A stretch of DNA of 64,000 nucleotides, taken from contig CAWCLO010000006.1 of NCBI GenBank assembly GCA_963796455.1, positions 229,765-293,764 of the forward strand. Reading direction: 5' to 3'. Below are positions 61,563 to 64,000 of this stretch, in pieces. Below the pieces are notes generated by a model, which did not search any database, was not told the DNA's origin, and saw only the letters and a program-made list of their open reading frames with translations. Made by a program: the position numbers and the translations under genes. Source of the DNA: Candidatus Sulfomarinibacteraceae bacterium (lineage in GTDB: Bacteria > Acidobacteriota > Thermoanaerobaculia > Thermoanaerobaculales > Sulfomarinibacteraceae). How positions within the stretch are numbered: position 1 is the first letter of the stretch; each line of letters opens with the position of its first letter.

Positions 61563-63751
61563 ATGGCTTTTGAGCGAATCGATCGACCGCCACTCGAACA
61601 ACGAAGATATCTGCGGATTCGGCGATCGGTTGTGGCGCTCCTCATCCCGCTCTGCCTCGCAATGGCTCACACCGACCCAGTCGAAGCCTACGATGTCGAT
61701 CATTACTTTCTGACGTACTACCTCTCCTTGAGCGTTGGTTTCACCGCCCGCCAGTCGTACCAGATCGCAAGCGGCGCCATGGCCCTTGATTACGATCCGG
61801 ACACTGCCCCGCTGCCGACGACAAAAGCACAAAAGCTCGCCATTGCCCAGGGCACACCTCCCCCCCACATCGTCACCATCTGGCTCCGGTACCACGCATT
61901 CGACGACATCAATCTCCGTGATCTGGGGCGTGCCGAGGTCGAGCGGGCCAAGCAGGAGCAGAAAGACCGCCTTCGCGATCTCGGCGTCGCTCAAAAGAAC
62001 CCGGGACCGCTGCTCCACTATGTCCAGGATTATTATCCGCACTTCGGCTGGGAGAGCATGCGGGGTCACGTCTTTGCGGGCCACCTACCAGACTTTCTCG
62101 ACGACAGTCCTGAAATCGGCGCGGTGCGACCCTCGAATCCATCATGGAACTCACACGGTTTCGTACTGAAATGGGTGAACCTGCCCGGATCTATGACGTG
62201 AATCGGATCTTCGAAGTTCTCGAGGAGCTTTCAGCCGCCAATCCTATTCGGGACCACGTTCCCGCCAGCGCCGAAATTCGAGATCGATCGCCGGATGAAC
62301 TCGAATACAGCGAGCATCTGGTCAAAGACCTCACCAATCTTCTGATCGACGCCGCCAAGACGGGGATCGGTTGGCACGACGTTTTCCTCTTTGCCGTGAA
62401 AGAATACGGGTATTACCCGGACCTCTTCAACATCGCTTTGGATCTGGCCAAATCGCCAATTTCATTCAATTCCCACACGGTCATCAACAGAGCGATTGAT
62501 GAAGATGTCTACGCCGGCCGACTCCTGTGGCATCCGGAAAGAGACTGCGACTATCAGCTCCCAGTTGACTACATCGGCTACAACTACGACCGCGACGCGT
62601 GGGTCATCTCACCCGTATACCCGATCGAATCGGTTGCGTTCGAGTTCCTCGAACCGCGTGTGACATTCAGCGGTGCCCCCGGATCTTCTTCGGATGCACT
62701 GGTCGCCACGGTAGAGGCGCCGTACGAGCTTTCGGGCATTTTGCCGATACCAAACCTCGGGGGCCAGCTCTCAGTTCGCGAAACCTTCGAGATTACCAGG
62801 AATACCCAATACGGAGCACGACCGCCACCTCCGCGGAAACGGGTCTTTTTCGGCCCGGCGCCAGTACCGGAAAGCCCGTTCCGATTTCGAAGCCGGCATC
62901 AACGTTTCCGTCACCGTCCACGTGTGCGGATATTCTCCCCAGACGCAGGAGATTCTGGTTCAGGTGCCGCCGGAGGACGACCCGAGACTTGCCGAGAGCC
63001 AACCCTCCCCTACCACCACCGAAAACCCGCGCGGTTGGGATGACGCGGTCGCAGATGGGGAGCGGGAAACCGAATCTAACGCGAACGATCGTGGCTCATC
63101 CACCGCGGGGGCCGGATCTTCCGCTACGACCTCGCCCAGTGTCCCGATCGTACCGGAGGACAGTGTCGCAGACGCCGCTCGCCGAACCTCTGACCGTGTG
63201 CGGCAGGACCAGGAACGGGACCGCGAGGCAGCCGGTGATCTCGCCGATGCCCTCGGCGGTCTCAGCGACGCCCTTGGGGGTGGGTCACAACCTCCCGTTC
63301 GGGCCCCGGTCCAATCCGCCGGCGATCCGTTGCCCGGTGAAACGGGTATTCCTCAGGTGGCGGCACGCCTCAATCGGGCCAGCCGCGGCAACCAACCGGG
63401 AGTGGTGGCACCCAGCCACCGCCCACTGGATCACAGAATCAACCGCCGAGTGGAGGCAATGAGAGCGCCGGTTCGTGCGTCATCCAGGAGCTGCCGTTTG
63501 GAAAGGACGGGCATTTTCTCGTGCGCGCCGAAAGCGGATATTCGGGTGATGCAACGGCCTATCAGGTGTGGTCGGTCCCAGGCGAAAAAACCTTTGCCGA
63601 CGGCTCGGGGTGCCGGAGCGAACGATCGTGCCTCGATTTCTACATGCGCCAGACGGGTACGACTCAGCTCCGCACGACGGTGATGGGCTATCACCAGTCC
63701 AAATCGTCGGCCCTCAAAGCCGCTCGCAAGGCATGCCCGAGCGCCCGATGA
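61563..63751 (+). pseudogene. Secreted hypothetical protein (N-terminal region weakly reminiscent of Zn-dependent phospholipase C/P1-nuclease folds), reading frame broken several times
   Basis: MAFERIDRPPLEQRRYLRIRRSVVALLIPLCLAMAHT (signal), then ...LLHYVQDYYPHFGWE...GH. Sensible protein text switches frame near 62150 (to MELTRFRTEMGEPARIYD...), near 62810-62880 (to ...DFEAGINVSVTVHVCGYSPQTQEILVQVPPEDD...) and near 63350-63400 (to ...CVIQELPFGKDGHFLVRAESGYSGDATAYQVWSVPGEK...ACPSAR*, stop 63749..63751). It could instead be two or three separate genes. Confidence 0.4.
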
Positions 63752-63797
63752 AACGAGATGCAACGCGAAGACCATCCCTACACCGGAAGGAACGATC

Positions 63798-63953
63798 ATG
63801 AAGATTCGCTGCGCCATCGCCGCATGTGTCCTGTATCTCTTTTCCGCACCGCTCCCTTCGTTCGCGGACGAAGCCGACGCTATCCGCGACACTCTTCTGG
63901 GTCGAACCGCGATCTTCAAGATCGAAATGCCGGTCGTCAAAGGCTCCAACTGA
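63798..63953 (+). CDS. Small signal-peptide ORF, probably the 5' part of a longer gene running off the window
   Basis: MKIRCAIAACVLYLFSAPLPSFADEADAIRD... stops at 63951..63953. A neighbouring frame continues (LMPDGRLDEKTYYKRLK) to the window end. Confidence 0.35.
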   Translation: MKIRCAIAACVLYLFSAPLPSFADEADAIRDTLLGRTAIFKIEMPVVKGSN

Positions 63954-64000
63954 TGCCCGACGGCCGCCTCGACGAGAAAACCTATTACAAACGCCTCAAA

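Overview
GC-rich bacterial chromosomal segment. The lineage cannot be fixed from sequence alone. Two ADOP-type duplicated permeases, a DUF4388 protein, sigma-54 regulation and many secreted repeat proteins fit an Acidobacteria-like Gram-negative, but that is inference. I saw no rRNA, tRNA, CRISPR array, transposase or integrase. All work was by eye and hand translation, so boundaries can be off by a few nt and no GC values were computed.

Bases 1-33 kb are mostly ordinary genes. They include a membrane-anchored Ser/Thr kinase that is cut by the window edge and missing from the ORF track, an HD-domain protein, frameshifted fabV and an amidase. They also include a REC-like/PilZ protein, AsmA, an Asp/Glu racemase, a cytochrome c, a transglutaminase-TPR protein, an intact ADOP permease and a DUF1846 protein. 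A sigma-54-promoted HlyD/ABC/FtsX efflux operon sits next to an NtrC-type two-component system. It is followed by an ACC-deaminase-family enzyme, a DUF4388 protein, a SASA+SGNH esterase and a GST.

Bases 33-64 kb look accessory. They hold secreted beta-propeller, Kelch and FG-GAP proteins, an M4 metalloprotease, a tricorn-like protease and a beta-lactamase-family hydrolase. They also hold a toxin-antitoxin cluster (mazEF-like, vapBC, and a deleted vapBC copy) and several multiply frameshifted genes.

Main observations:
1. A strand-oriented intergenic repeat family marks nearly every gene-module boundary from 33 kb to 61 kb. Its core GGCACCCAT occurs nine times exactly, always intergenic and always on the + strand, inside a roughly 50-nt module.
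2. Three secreted proteins end in the same motif, F-E-T-G-x4-W-[ST]-x-x-V-P.
3. A second, palindromic REP/MITE-like repeat family (GTCATCCTGAGCGGAGC...GTCGAAGGATC) fills several long intergenic gaps.
4. Frameshifts are very unevenly distributed along the window.
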